Under the pieces are notes generated by a model. It was not told the origin of the DNA and did not search any database. It saw only the letters and a program-made list of their open reading frames with translations. Shown here in pieces: positions 51,304-60,512 of a stretch of 63,038 nt of DNA. Position 1 is the first letter of the stretch. Each line of letters starts with the position of its first letter. The stretch comes from Chitinophagaceae bacterium (GTDB taxonomy: Bacteria; Bacteroidota; Bacteroidia; Chitinophagales; Chitinophagaceae), in NCBI GenBank assembly GCA_043747955.1, contig JAYTOF010000159.1, positions 1-63,038 of the forward strand. The letters run 5' to 3'. The position numbers were made by a program, and so were the translations under genes.

Positions 51304-52242
51304 TTAATAAACAGGATACTGGGCCCTGGCCTGGATGATCTGTGAATCATCAAATTCAATGCCTTCAGTAATCAGTTTAATAAAAGGGATTGCCATGGAG
51401 TTCATCCCATTATCCGATTTAAATTGCTCCAATGCATACAATACGGCATCCACTTTACCAAAACTTCCCTGGTAGTACGACATTAACAGGCGTCCCATAT
51501 AGGGCATTCTTTTTAAAATAAAAGATCCTGAAAAGGGCGCATTGCTTGTATTGGTAATTCCTATACTGGTAAATAAGTGAAGACTGTCTTTGCCAAAAGG
51601 CAAAATATAAAAAATGCGTACACCATTATAACCGAGGTCTTTTTCTGCTGCAAACTGAATCAATGATTCGTATAAATTTTTAAACGCTGCTTTTTTGTTT
51701 TGAATAGGCACTACTTTAGAACTGAATAAAAAAGCGGTGTCTGCAACATTGATCATTTCTACTTCGTAACCATACATCTTTTTGGCATCACCCAAATAGT
51801 CTTTAAGGTCTTCCAAACCTTTTATGGCATTTTGAAAGGTATTACCGGTTTTAAAAAACGCATTCCATAAAGTTGTTTTATAAGTTAATATCACTTTACT
51901 GAAATGACCGGTATCAGGCATCACATCGTATAATATGGTTTCAGGTTTATTATTTTCAGTAAGCTGGTATGTGGTTGAGTAGCCGGTAATATGGGTTATT
52001 TTCAATACGGTATTATCGTATTCAAGCCTGTCTGGTTTAATTATTTTATTGGTATTGGTATCTGCAGTTGCAAATGGATTAAACCACCTGGCGATCCTGT
52101 CATAGGAAGAAATTTCGTGGTGAATTACGGGAACAGAAGCACTGATCTTTATTTCTTTATGGTATACATGGCCAACAAAAGCTGCATATAAAATAAATAA
52201 TGACAGAAGTATGAATAATGCAAACAGAATTTTCTTTTTCAT
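51304..52242 (-). CDS. Hypothetical membrane-anchored protein (SRPBCC + GyrI-like small-molecule-binding architecture)
   Basis: Start MKKKILFALF (ATG 52242), single N-terminal TM, W.NPF, C-terminal YYQGSF...YPV; fold call tentative. Confidence 0.5.
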   Translation of the reverse strand: MKKKILFALFILLSLFILYAAFVGHVYHKEIKISASVPVIHHEISSYDRIARWFNPFATADTNTNKIIKPDRLEYDNTVLKITHITGYSTTYQLTENNKPETILYDVMPDTGHFSKVILTYKTTLWNAFFKTGNTFQNAIKGLEDLKDYLGDAKKMYGYEVEMINVADTAFLFSSKVVPIQNKKAAFKNLYESLIQFAAEKDLGYNGVRIFYILPFGKDSLHLFTSIGITNTSNAPFSGSFILKRMPYMGRLLMSYYQGSFGKVDAVLYALEQFKSDNGMNSMAIPFIKLITEGIEFDDSQIIQARAQYPVY

Positions 52243-52294
52243 AAATAAGTAAGCGGAATTTTTATTATTTGGCTGCAAATTAATAATTACTTGC

Positions 52295-53788
52295 TTACCA
52301 TGCTGTTTTCATTTCCCAAAGATGCAGGTTGCTGAATTTGCTTTTTACACCCAGGTTAAATAATTCAATACCATTATCTGTTGTATTTGGGAAAAGTTGT
52401 GCAGTAAAGACAGCTTCGCCATCATTTACAAAAATTTCTGCTATACTGTTGTCAAAAAAAACCTGCAGGTGGAGCTTGTTGTTTTTTAAGGCAATTAGTT
52501 TTTCAAAACGATTTAGTTTTTTATAATTATCATTGAAAGCCGTATTGCTACTTTTGCTGCGGTCAATATAAAATAATTGTTTTGCAGCATTATAACCCAT
52601 TTCAAACCAGGTCTCATTGCCAACAGCTAATTTTATACCGCAAACCCCATCCTGACCGGGTTCCATATCTAACTGCAATTCAAATTGGTTGCTCTTAACA
52701 GGTAAACTTTTTTTATCACTCACTGAAATATCCTTCAATTGATACAGCTCTTTTCGTAATGTATTTGTTATACCAACCGGTCTTTGTATCAGTATCCATT
52801 CGTTATTAATTTTTTTAGTGCTCAGGTTACGTGGCAGCGACATAGCACTTTTCCAGGGGCTGGTGGGAATATCATTGGCATAGTTCCAGTTGTTTACCCA
52901 GCCAATAGCGGTTGGTAAATGCGTTGCCGGTAATTGATTATAGGCAATGGCTGCATAATAATCGGGCCCGTAATCTGGCCTGAAAATTTTATCGGCGGGG
53001 TTTTCATTTATAAATTTTTCTCCATCAAACTCACCCACAAAATATTGCATGGCAGCATTCATCGACATTTGTAATAGCCATTTCTTTTTACCGGGCATCC
53101 CTGCTACAGGAACGGGTGTAAGATCCGGGCATTCCCATACGCCACTGGTATCTCCGGCCGGGCCAAAATCACTCAGGTGGTTCCATTCCTTTAAATTTTT
53201 TGAAGCATAAAACTGTACCTGGTGTTCAACAGGCAGCATAACACTCATCACCCAATATTTTTTAGGTTCATACCAGAATATTTTCGGGTCCCGGAAATCA
53301 ACCTTGTGTAGATCCAGTACCGGGTTATCGGCATATTTGGTCCAGGTAAGTCCGTTGTCTAAACTCCAGGCAATATGCTGCGATTGATTTTTATTTTCAA
53401 TATGCCCGGTATAAACGGCTACCATCGGTATCTTACCATCTTTGCCAAAACCGCTGGTATTATCTTTATCTACCACACAGGTTCCGGAAAAGATCATAAT
53501 GCCATTTTCTTCCGGAATGGCGATGGGCATGTGTTTCCAGTGAATCAGATCTTTACTGGTTGCGTGTGCCCAGGTCATATGCCCCCATTGATTGCCAAAT
53601 GGGTTATGTTGATAAAATAAATGGTAAGTACCTTGATTATAAACCAAACCATTGGGATCATTGCACCAGTTGGTTGCCGGCGAAAAATGAAATTGTGGGC
53701 GGTATTGTTGTGTATACATTTTATTCTGTGCAAAAAATTGCAAAGAACTGACCAGGAGTATAATAAAAAAAACAGTTTTTAATTTCAT
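52295..53788 (-). CDS. GH32 beta-fructofuranosidase / levanase / exo-inulinase
   Basis: Signal peptide; WCNDPNG, FSG, FRDP, WECPD catalytic motifs; C-terminal beta-sandwich. Confidence 0.93.
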   Translation of the reverse strand: MKLKTVFFIILLVSSLQFFAQNKMYTQQYRPQFHFSPATNWCNDPNGLVYNQGTYHLFYQHNPFGNQWGHMTWAHATSKDLIHWKHMPIAIPEENGIMIFSGTCVVDKDNTSGFGKDGKIPMVAVYTGHIENKNQSQHIAWSLDNGLTWTKYADNPVLDLHKVDFRDPKIFWYEPKKYWVMSVMLPVEHQVQFYASKNLKEWNHLSDFGPAGDTSGVWECPDLTPVPVAGMPGKKKWLLQMSMNAAMQYFVGEFDGEKFINENPADKIFRPDYGPDYYAAIAYNQLPATHLPTAIGWVNNWNYANDIPTSPWKSAMSLPRNLSTKKINNEWILIQRPVGITNTLRKELYQLKDISVSDKKSLPVKSNQFELQLDMEPGQDGVCGIKLAVGNETWFEMGYNAAKQLFYIDRSKSSNTAFNDNYKKLNRFEKLIALKNNKLHLQVFFDNSIAEIFVNDGEAVFTAQLFPNTTDNGIELFNLGVKSKFSNLHLWEMKTAW

Positions 53789-53800
53789 GGTTCAAATCAT

Positions 53801-55150
53801 TTATGCACTTAATTTTTTTTCCAGTTCTTCCAGTGATACTCCTTTTGTTTCCGGCATTTTAGTGAGCGTCCAGATGAGTTGTAAAACCATCATGCCTGCA
53901 AGAAATGCAAAAATGATCCAGGGAGCATCTTTTAAAATTCCTTTTTGATCATCCAGAAACAAGGGCGTAATTAAAGTTATGATTGCAGCAAACACCCAAT
54001 GTACACTGGCGCCGAAAGATTGACCCTTTGCCCGTATTTTATTGGGAAAAATCTCTGACAGGAATACCCAGATAACTGCTCCCTGTCCAATTGCATGTGA
54101 AGCAATGAACAACAATAAAAAACTCATCATGAATACAGGACTGCCATGTGTTTTAAAAGCATAAGCTACCATGGCGAGACTGATAATATAGCCTATCGAA
54201 CCGATGAGCATCAGGGTCATTCTGCCCAGCCTATCAATCAGGTAAAGGCCAACAAATGTGAAAATTAAATTGGTGCCGCCAATGGCAATGGAATTTAAAA
54301 GGGATTCCTTTGCGCCCAATCCTATTCTGGTAAGAATTTCGGGTGCATAGTACAAAATAAAATTGATGCCGGAAAGCTGGTTGAAGAAAGCAATTAAAAA
54401 GGCTAGCCAGATAATTTTATGATGTTTAGTGCTAAAGAAGGAAGATACCTGTCCGTCAACTGCTTCATGTTTGTTGCTTTTAAGTATAAGAGCAATTTCT
54501 TCTTCAGCATTTTCAACTCCCGTTTCTTCCAGCGCTTTTTTAGCATTGGTCAGGTCGTTCTTTTTTGTGATGAGCCAGCGTGGACTTTCCGGTACATATA
54601 AAACCATCACTGAATGGATCAAAGCAGGTATTGCCAATACGCCCAGCATCCAGCGCCAGTCATTGGCACCGCCAACGCCCTGTAAAAAATAATTTGATAA
54701 AAAAGCGATCAATATTCCAAACACAATATTGAATTGGTACATAGCTACCAAACGCCCCCTGGTTGCCGGAGTTGATATTTCAGAAATATAGGTTGGCGCC
54801 ACAACGGATGATACGCCAATTCCGATACCACCGATAAACCTGAAAAACGAGAACGTATAGGGGTCCTGTGCCAAGGCAGATCCGAATGCAGAAAGGGTAA
54901 ACAGAATTCCAATCCACAGTAATACTTTCTTTCTTCCATATTTATCCGTAGGGATTCCTCCGAAAACTGAACCCAGTACCGTTCCCCACAATGCCATCGA
55001 CATGATAAAAAATCCGTGAAATAATGGGGTGGTTTGCCACAGGGCTTTGATGGGTTGGTTGGCACCGGAAATAACTACGGTATCAAATCCAAAAATAAAC
55101 CCGGCAAGTGCTGCTACAATGGCATAGCGGAAAAGATTGTTCTTATTCAT
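53801..55150 (-). CDS. Sugar porter family MFS transporter
   Basis: FGFDTVVISG, DKYGRK, PESPRWL, FFNQLSGIN, PETKGVSLEE; ATG 55150 (MNKNN) or TTG 55156. Confidence 0.93.
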   Translation of the reverse strand: MNKNNLFRYAIVAALAGFIFGFDTVVISGANQPIKALWQTTPLFHGFFIMSMALWGTVLGSVFGGIPTDKYGRKKVLLWIGILFTLSAFGSALAQDPYTFSFFRFIGGIGIGVSSVVAPTYISEISTPATRGRLVAMYQFNIVFGILIAFLSNYFLQGVGGANDWRWMLGVLAIPALIHSVMVLYVPESPRWLITKKNDLTNAKKALEETGVENAEEEIALILKSNKHEAVDGQVSSFFSTKHHKIIWLAFLIAFFNQLSGINFILYYAPEILTRIGLGAKESLLNSIAIGGTNLIFTFVGLYLIDRLGRMTLMLIGSIGYIISLAMVAYAFKTHGSPVFMMSFLLLFIASHAIGQGAVIWVFLSEIFPNKIRAKGQSFGASVHWVFAAIITLITPLFLDDQKGILKDAPWIIFAFLAGMMVLQLIWTLTKMPETKGVSLEELEKKLSA

Positions 55151-55220
55151 AAGCAAGTTTATAAGCTTTAAATTACGTTAATCAGGCATGTTTAATGAAT
55201 TCTTTTTTTAAACAGATATT

Positions 55221-55234
55221 TGCAATCGGTTGCA
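55221..55234. promoter_or_regulatory. Putative LacI operator between divergent MFS and GH3 genes
   Basis: TGCAATCGGTTGCA near-perfect palindrome with central CG. Confidence 0.65.
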
Positions 55235-55421
55235 GTGCGCAAATAGTTATTAACTGCTTTGGCATATATTAATATCTTTAGTATCAAAGGGGCGGTATGT
55301 ATAAATAATGCACAAGCTGTAATGTTTTTAAGGGATAGTGCAGTTGCAACCCTACCAGGCATGCATAATAAAACTTAAAAACTAATAAACAATTATCTTA
55401 ATAAAACTAAAATTAAAATTA

Positions 55422-57668
55422 ATGAAATGTTTTTTTTCTGTAGTATTTATATTCATTACCTGTATGGCTTACTCGCAAAATAAGTTCCCGTTTCAAAACC
55501 CAAAGCTTACTGTTGAACAAAGGGTAAAAGATCTGTTATCCCGCATGACCGTAGCAGAAAAAGCCGGTCAGTTAAACCAGTTGAATGGTGGCGCTTTTAC
55601 CGGTCCGGCGTCAAACAATGCAGGGCAGGGCGAAAAAACGCAAATGGTAAAGGATGGACGGGTGGGCTCACTGTTGAATGTAACCGGTGTTGCCGATACC
55701 CGGGCAATACAGCAAGCAGCCGTGCAGAGCCGCCTGGGAATACCATTGATCTTTGGTTATGATGTGATTCATGGTTACAAAACAATCTTCCCAATACCGC
55801 TGGCCGAAGCCTGTAGCTGGGATCTGCCAGGCATTGAAAAAAATTCTTCCATCGCAGCAAAAGAAGCAGCTGCAGCGGGCATACACTGGACCTTTGCGCC
55901 CATGTGTGATATCAGTAATGACCCACGCTGGGGCCGTGTAATGGAAGGTGCAGGTGAAGATCCATATTACGGTGGATTGGTTTCGGCAGCCAGGGTAAAA
56001 GGATTGCAGGGTAACTTAAATGATAATGAACATATTCTCTCCTGTGTAAAACATTTTGCGGGCTATGGTGCTGTTGAAGCCGGGCGTGAATATAACCAGG
56101 TAGATATTAGCCGTGTTATGTTGTGGAATAAATATATGCCACCATACAAAGCTGCTGTTGATGCCGGAGCTGCTACAGTAATGAATGCATTTAATGTTTT
56201 GGATGGTATACCGGCAAGTGCCAATAAATTTTTAGTAACCGATGTATTAAAGAACAAGTGGGGCTTTAAAGGTTTTATGGTCAGCGACTGGGCATCTTTT
56301 AAAGAGATCATTATACATGGTAATGCTGCCGATGGAAAAGAAGCTGCACTAAAAGCCATGCAGGCAGGCAGTATGATGGATATGGAAAGTAAGGTTTCGG
56401 AAAAATATTTACCCGAACTGGTCAAAGAAGGAAAAGTTACCCTGGCACAGCTGGATGACGCTGTTGGAAGGGTTCTGCATCAAAAATTTAAATTGGGTTT
56501 ATTTGAAGATCCTTTTAAATTCTGTAATGAACAAAGAGAAGCAACTACTTTATTTTCGGCTGCCAACAGGGCTGTTGCAAGAACAGCTGCGGAAAAATCA
56601 ATCGTGTTATTAAAAAATACCCGCCTGCCGGGGCAGGACAATAATGTGTTGCCACTGGATAAAAATAAAAAAATTGCACTCGTAGGTTTTTATGCAGGCA
56701 GCAAGGATGATATGTTTGATTTTTGGGTAGCACAGGGAAAAAGTGATGACGCTGTTTCTGTTCTTGAAGGTTTGAAAAATAAATTCAGTAACCTGAGTTT
56801 TTGTAATGGCTACAAAGCAGATAATACTACCTCTGAAACATTAATTAACGAGGCAGTACAAAATGCCGGTATAGCTGATGTAATTATAGTAAATATTGGT
56901 ATCAGCGGTAAAATGGCAGGCGAAGACAGATCAATTGCTTACCCGGTGATCTCTGATGGTCAGATCGCTTTACTGAAAGCTTTACAGCAAACCAGAAAAC
57001 CAGTTGTGGCATTGGTTTCAAGCGCAAGACCATTAATACTTACACAGGCCGAGCCATTGGTAAACGCCCTTGTACAATGCTGGATATTGGGAACTGAACA
57101 CGGCAATGCCATTGCTTCTATGCTAACAGGAGAATTTAATCCTTCTGCCAAAACAGTAATGTCTTTTCCTTATGCAGTTGGGCAAATACCGGTTTACTAT
57201 AATCATTTTAATACAAGCCGGCCCGATCCAACTGATGACTTTGGTAATTGGTTCAGCCGGTACAGGGATATACCCAATGAACCTTTATACCCTTTTGGTT
57301 ATGGTCTGAGTTATACAACTTATGCATACTCCGGGTTAACACTTTCTTCATCAGCTATAAAAAAAGAAGATAAACTGAACGTTACCGTTTCTGTAAAAAA
57401 TTCCGGAACTGTTGATGGAGAAGAAACTGTACAGCTTTATATCAGGGATTATGCAGCTTCTGTTGTAAGGCCCGTAAAAGAATTGAAGGCATTTAAGAAA
57501 ATAATGCTTAAGGCAGGAGAAACGAAAGAGGTCAATTTTATACTTACTAAAAATGACCTGTCATTTTTTGATGCCTATGGTAACAGTTTGATTGAACCCG
57601 GAAAATTCAGTGTGTTTGTGGGTGGAAATTCGCGTGATGTAAAGCAGGCAGATTTTGAATTGAAATAA
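55422..57668 (+). CDS. bglX: GH3 beta-glucosidase (BglX type)
   Basis: Signal peptide; DVIHG, DPRWGRVMEG, VKHFAGYG, VSDW nucleophile, PFGYGLSYT, FN3-like C-terminus. Confidence 0.92.
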   Translation: MKCFFSVVFIFITCMAYSQNKFPFQNPKLTVEQRVKDLLSRMTVAEKAGQLNQLNGGAFTGPASNNAGQGEKTQMVKDGRVGSLLNVTGVADTRAIQQAAVQSRLGIPLIFGYDVIHGYKTIFPIPLAEACSWDLPGIEKNSSIAAKEAAAAGIHWTFAPMCDISNDPRWGRVMEGAGEDPYYGGLVSAARVKGLQGNLNDNEHILSCVKHFAGYGAVEAGREYNQVDISRVMLWNKYMPPYKAAVDAGAATVMNAFNVLDGIPASANKFLVTDVLKNKWGFKGFMVSDWASFKEIIIHGNAADGKEAALKAMQAGSMMDMESKVSEKYLPELVKEGKVTLAQLDDAVGRVLHQKFKLGLFEDPFKFCNEQREATTLFSAANRAVARTAAEKSIVLLKNTRLPGQDNNVLPLDKNKKIALVGFYAGSKDDMFDFWVAQGKSDDAVSVLEGLKNKFSNLSFCNGYKADNTTSETLINEAVQNAGIADVIIVNIGISGKMAGEDRSIAYPVISDGQIALLKALQQTRKPVVALVSSARPLILTQAEPLVNALVQCWILGTEHGNAIASMLTGEFNPSAKTVMSFPYAVGQIPVYYNHFNTSRPDPTDDFGNWFSRYRDIPNEPLYPFGYGLSYTTYAYSGLTLSSSAIKKEDKLNVTVSVKNSGTVDGEETVQLYIRDYAASVVRPVKELKAFKKIMLKAGETKEVNFILTKNDLSFFDAYGNSLIEPGKFSVFVGGNSRDVKQADFELK
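56620..56637. repeat. 18-nt variant of the CCTGCC...GGCAGG element, in frame in GH3
   Basis: cccgcctgccggggcagg; yields LLKN-TRLPGQ-DNNVLPL inside the normally compact LLKNxxxxLPL motif. Confidence 0.65.
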
Positions 57669-57756
57669 ATAAATTATTGCGAAAAAGCCAGCGAACGGTG
57701 GTAGGTTAAGGCCATTCAAACCAGTTATTTACGAGTATTGAAATGAAATTTTTTAC

Positions 57757-57770
57757 TGCAATCGTTTGCA
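57757..57770. promoter_or_regulatory. Putative LacI operator upstream of GH65
   Basis: TGCAATCGTTTGCA. Confidence 0.65.
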
Positions 57771-57773
57771 AAC

Positions 57774-57803
57774 AACCCGTGTAGCTTTCTTACACGGGTT
57801 TTT
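57774..57803 (+). terminator. Intrinsic terminator after GH3
   Basis: AACCCGTGTA-gctttct-TACACGGGTT followed by TTT. Confidence 0.8.
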
Positions 57804-57852
57804 GCTTTAATAGCGTTACTTTAGTCTTTTAAAAATTGCTAACAATTTTGCT

Positions 57853-59910
57853 ATGAAGAAATTGATATTCGCCTCACTTCTTTTTTTAAATGTGCAGTCA
57901 TTCTCACAGTCCGTTGATACCTGGAAAATAAATGCTAATTCCATTGATCCCAATAATTATTATGGTGTTACGGTTGCCAATGGTATGATCGGTATTGTTT
58001 CTGCTCCCGAGCCATTTAAAGTAAGAGAGGTAGTGCTGGCCGGTGCTTATGATCTGTATGGCCGTGGCCGGGTAAGTAATTTTTTAAAAAGTTTTAACCT
58101 GTTGAATGCCTACCTGGATATTGATGGAAGAAGTGTGGATGCAAAAAATGTATCGGGCATGAAACAGGAACTGGATATGAAAAAAGCAAGCTTTACCACT
58201 TCTTTTGAATTTGGCGATAAGGCAACTGTTTCCTATACTTATTATTCACTTCGCCAGTTGCCTTATACGGTGCTGATGGATGTGAACATCACCGCTAAAA
58301 AAGATATTGTTATTAATGGCGCCAGTGTTATGGAAGCGCCGGATGCGTTAAAAGATGTTCAGAATTATTACAACGAAATAGACCGGCCGCATGTAGTGAT
58401 CAGTTTGCTTACTTCAACTGCAAAAAGTCCGACGGGTAAATTGCAGATGTGTGCCAGTAATACCTTTTTATTCAGTGAGGCACATGGTAATGAACCAAAA
58501 GTGATTCATGAAATGTGGGATAACAATATGCACCTGATGAAGTTCATCAAAAAAATAAAAGCGGGTGAAACGTATCGTTATTCCATTGTTGGATCTTCTA
58601 TCACTTCGGCACATCATCCCGATCCATTGAATGAAGCAGAACGAGCAACCATCTTTGCAAAACTGGAAGGAAGAGAAAGATTGATCAGCTTTCATACCAA
58701 AGCCTGGGATGAATTGTGGAAGAGTGATATTGTGATTGAAGGCGATGATCAAAGCCAGCAGGATGTGCACAGCATGCTGTATCATCTTTATTCATTTGCA
58801 AGAGAAGGAACCGCTTTATCGCCTTCGCCCATGGGATTAAGCGGTCTGGGTTACAATGGTCATGTTTTTTGGGATACCGAATTGTGGATGTTCCCTTCTA
58901 TTTTGGTACTTCAACCCGAGATGGCAAAAAGCATGATGGAATACCGCTTTCAGCGGCTGGATGCGGCAAAGAAAAATGCATTCAGTAAAGGGTATAAGGG
59001 AGCCATGTTTCCCTGGGAGAGTGCAGAGACCGGTGTTGAAGAAACGCCCGTTTGGGCTTTAAGTGGCCCCTTTGAACATCACATTACCGGCTGTGTTGCT
59101 TTTGCAGCATGGAATTATTATTGTGTTACACAGGATAAACTTTGGCTCAGGGAAAAAGGCTGGCCCATATTAAGCGCTACCGCCGATTTTTGGGCAAGCC
59201 GTGTAGAACGTAAAGGTACCGGCCAATACGATATTAATAATGTAGTGGCCGCTGATGAGTGGGCTGAGAATGTAAACAACAATGCATTTACCAATGCCGT
59301 GGCAAAAAGCAATTTGCAGAATGCAACAGAAGCTGCAAAAATTTTAGGCATTATACCCGATGCCGACTGGATGCTGGTGGCAAATAATATTCCCATTTTA
59401 AAAATGCCTGCCCGGCCCGGACAATCGGACGGGGCAGATGGCGTTACCAGGGAACATGCTACTTACAATGGCGAAGGCATTAAACAGGCCGATGTTAATT
59501 TACTTTCTTATCCTTTAAAACAAATTACTGATCCTTTGCAAATTAAAAAGGACCTGGCTTTTTATGAAACCCGGATACCCAACGAAGGAACACCGGCCAT
59601 GACCCAGGCAATATTTTCATTGTTATATGCAAGGCTTGGAGAAAGTGACAAAGCATTTCATTGGTTTAAAGATGCTTATACTCCCAACCTGAATCCGCCT
59701 TTTAGGGTTATTGCCGAAACAAAAGGGGGTACCAATCCATACTTTGCAACAGGTGCCGGCGGGGTTATTCAAAGTGTATTGATGGGCTTTGGAGGGCTGG
59801 ATATCACTTCAACAGGTATTATACAAATAAAACCGGTTTTGCCAAAACAATGGAAAAGCTTAACCATTACAGGTGTTGGGCCTCAGAAAAAAACGTATAT
59901 TGCCAAATAA
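57853..59910 (+). CDS. GH65 glycoside hydrolase (secreted; probably hydrolase-type alpha-glucosidase)
   Basis: Signal peptide; YNGHVFWDTE, GAMFPWES, EHHITG, AADE catalytic acid, IKQADV. Confidence 0.88.
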   Translation: MKKLIFASLLFLNVQSFSQSVDTWKINANSIDPNNYYGVTVANGMIGIVSAPEPFKVREVVLAGAYDLYGRGRVSNFLKSFNLLNAYLDIDGRSVDAKNVSGMKQELDMKKASFTTSFEFGDKATVSYTYYSLRQLPYTVLMDVNITAKKDIVINGASVMEAPDALKDVQNYYNEIDRPHVVISLLTSTAKSPTGKLQMCASNTFLFSEAHGNEPKVIHEMWDNNMHLMKFIKKIKAGETYRYSIVGSSITSAHHPDPLNEAERATIFAKLEGRERLISFHTKAWDELWKSDIVIEGDDQSQQDVHSMLYHLYSFAREGTALSPSPMGLSGLGYNGHVFWDTELWMFPSILVLQPEMAKSMMEYRFQRLDAAKKNAFSKGYKGAMFPWESAETGVEETPVWALSGPFEHHITGCVAFAAWNYYCVTQDKLWLREKGWPILSATADFWASRVERKGTGQYDINNVVAADEWAENVNNNAFTNAVAKSNLQNATEAAKILGIIPDADWMLVANNIPILKMPARPGQSDGADGVTREHATYNGEGIKQADVNLLSYPLKQITDPLQIKKDLAFYETRIPNEGTPAMTQAIFSLLYARLGESDKAFHWFKDAYTPNLNPPFRVIAETKGGTNPYFATGAGGVIQSVLMGFGGLDITSTGIIQIKPVLPKQWKSLTITGVGPQKKTYIAK
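59407..59433 (+). repeat. 27-nt in-frame element (PARPGQSDG) in GH65
   Basis: cctgcccggcccggacaatcggacggg; ctgccc/gggcag stem (59408-59437); related to uvrA 19960-19986. Confidence 0.65.
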
Positions 59911-59913
59911 TTT

Positions 59914-60462
59914 GTGAAAAAAACGGGTACCATATTTCTATTATTGATCATGTTGTTCAACATGGCGGGTTATCGTTTTGTTTTTTCCATACTGGATGAC
60001 AGGGCTACAGAAAAACTGGATGCCCGGTTAGATGCCGGTGAATATGCTGATGCCAGTCTAATTGAATTACGGGTCCCGCTTAACATGCCGTACCAAAACA
60101 GAATGACAGCATTTGAGAGACATTATGGTGAAATAACGGTGGATGGAGTTTTATATACGTATGTAAAAAAGAAGGTTGAACAGGATATGTTGGTATTAAA
60201 ATGTATTCCAAACACCGACGGGCAGCAAATAAAAAACACTGTAAATTACCTGGCAAAATCGAACAGTAACCAGGACATGGAGCATCATGGCAAAAAAAAT
60301 AAATCTTCAAATAACCAGAACTTCAACAATGATTATGATGATAAGAACCAATCTTATTTAATTACGCATCACTCCATATTAATCGAGTCACAATTTCCTG
60401 AATTCTCAACACCTGTACAGGAAGCCCTTTTAAAAATGCCCCTTCAGCCACCACGCTGTTAA
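59914..60462 (+). CDS. Hypothetical protein with N-terminal hydrophobic segment and C-terminal QPP
   Basis: GTG start 3 nt after GH65 stop; 182 aa; ends MPLQPPRC. Confidence 0.7.
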   Translation: MKKTGTIFLLLIMLFNMAGYRFVFSILDDRATEKLDARLDAGEYADASLIELRVPLNMPYQNRMTAFERHYGEITVDGVLYTYVKKKVEQDMLVLKCIPNTDGQQIKNTVNYLAKSNSNQDMEHHGKKNKSSNNQNFNNDYDDKNQSYLITHHSILIESQFPEFSTPVQEALLKMPLQPPRC

Positions 60463-60512
60463 CTTGTATTCCATACTTTTTTATACATTTTAATAAAGCA
60501 CAAATTATTTTT

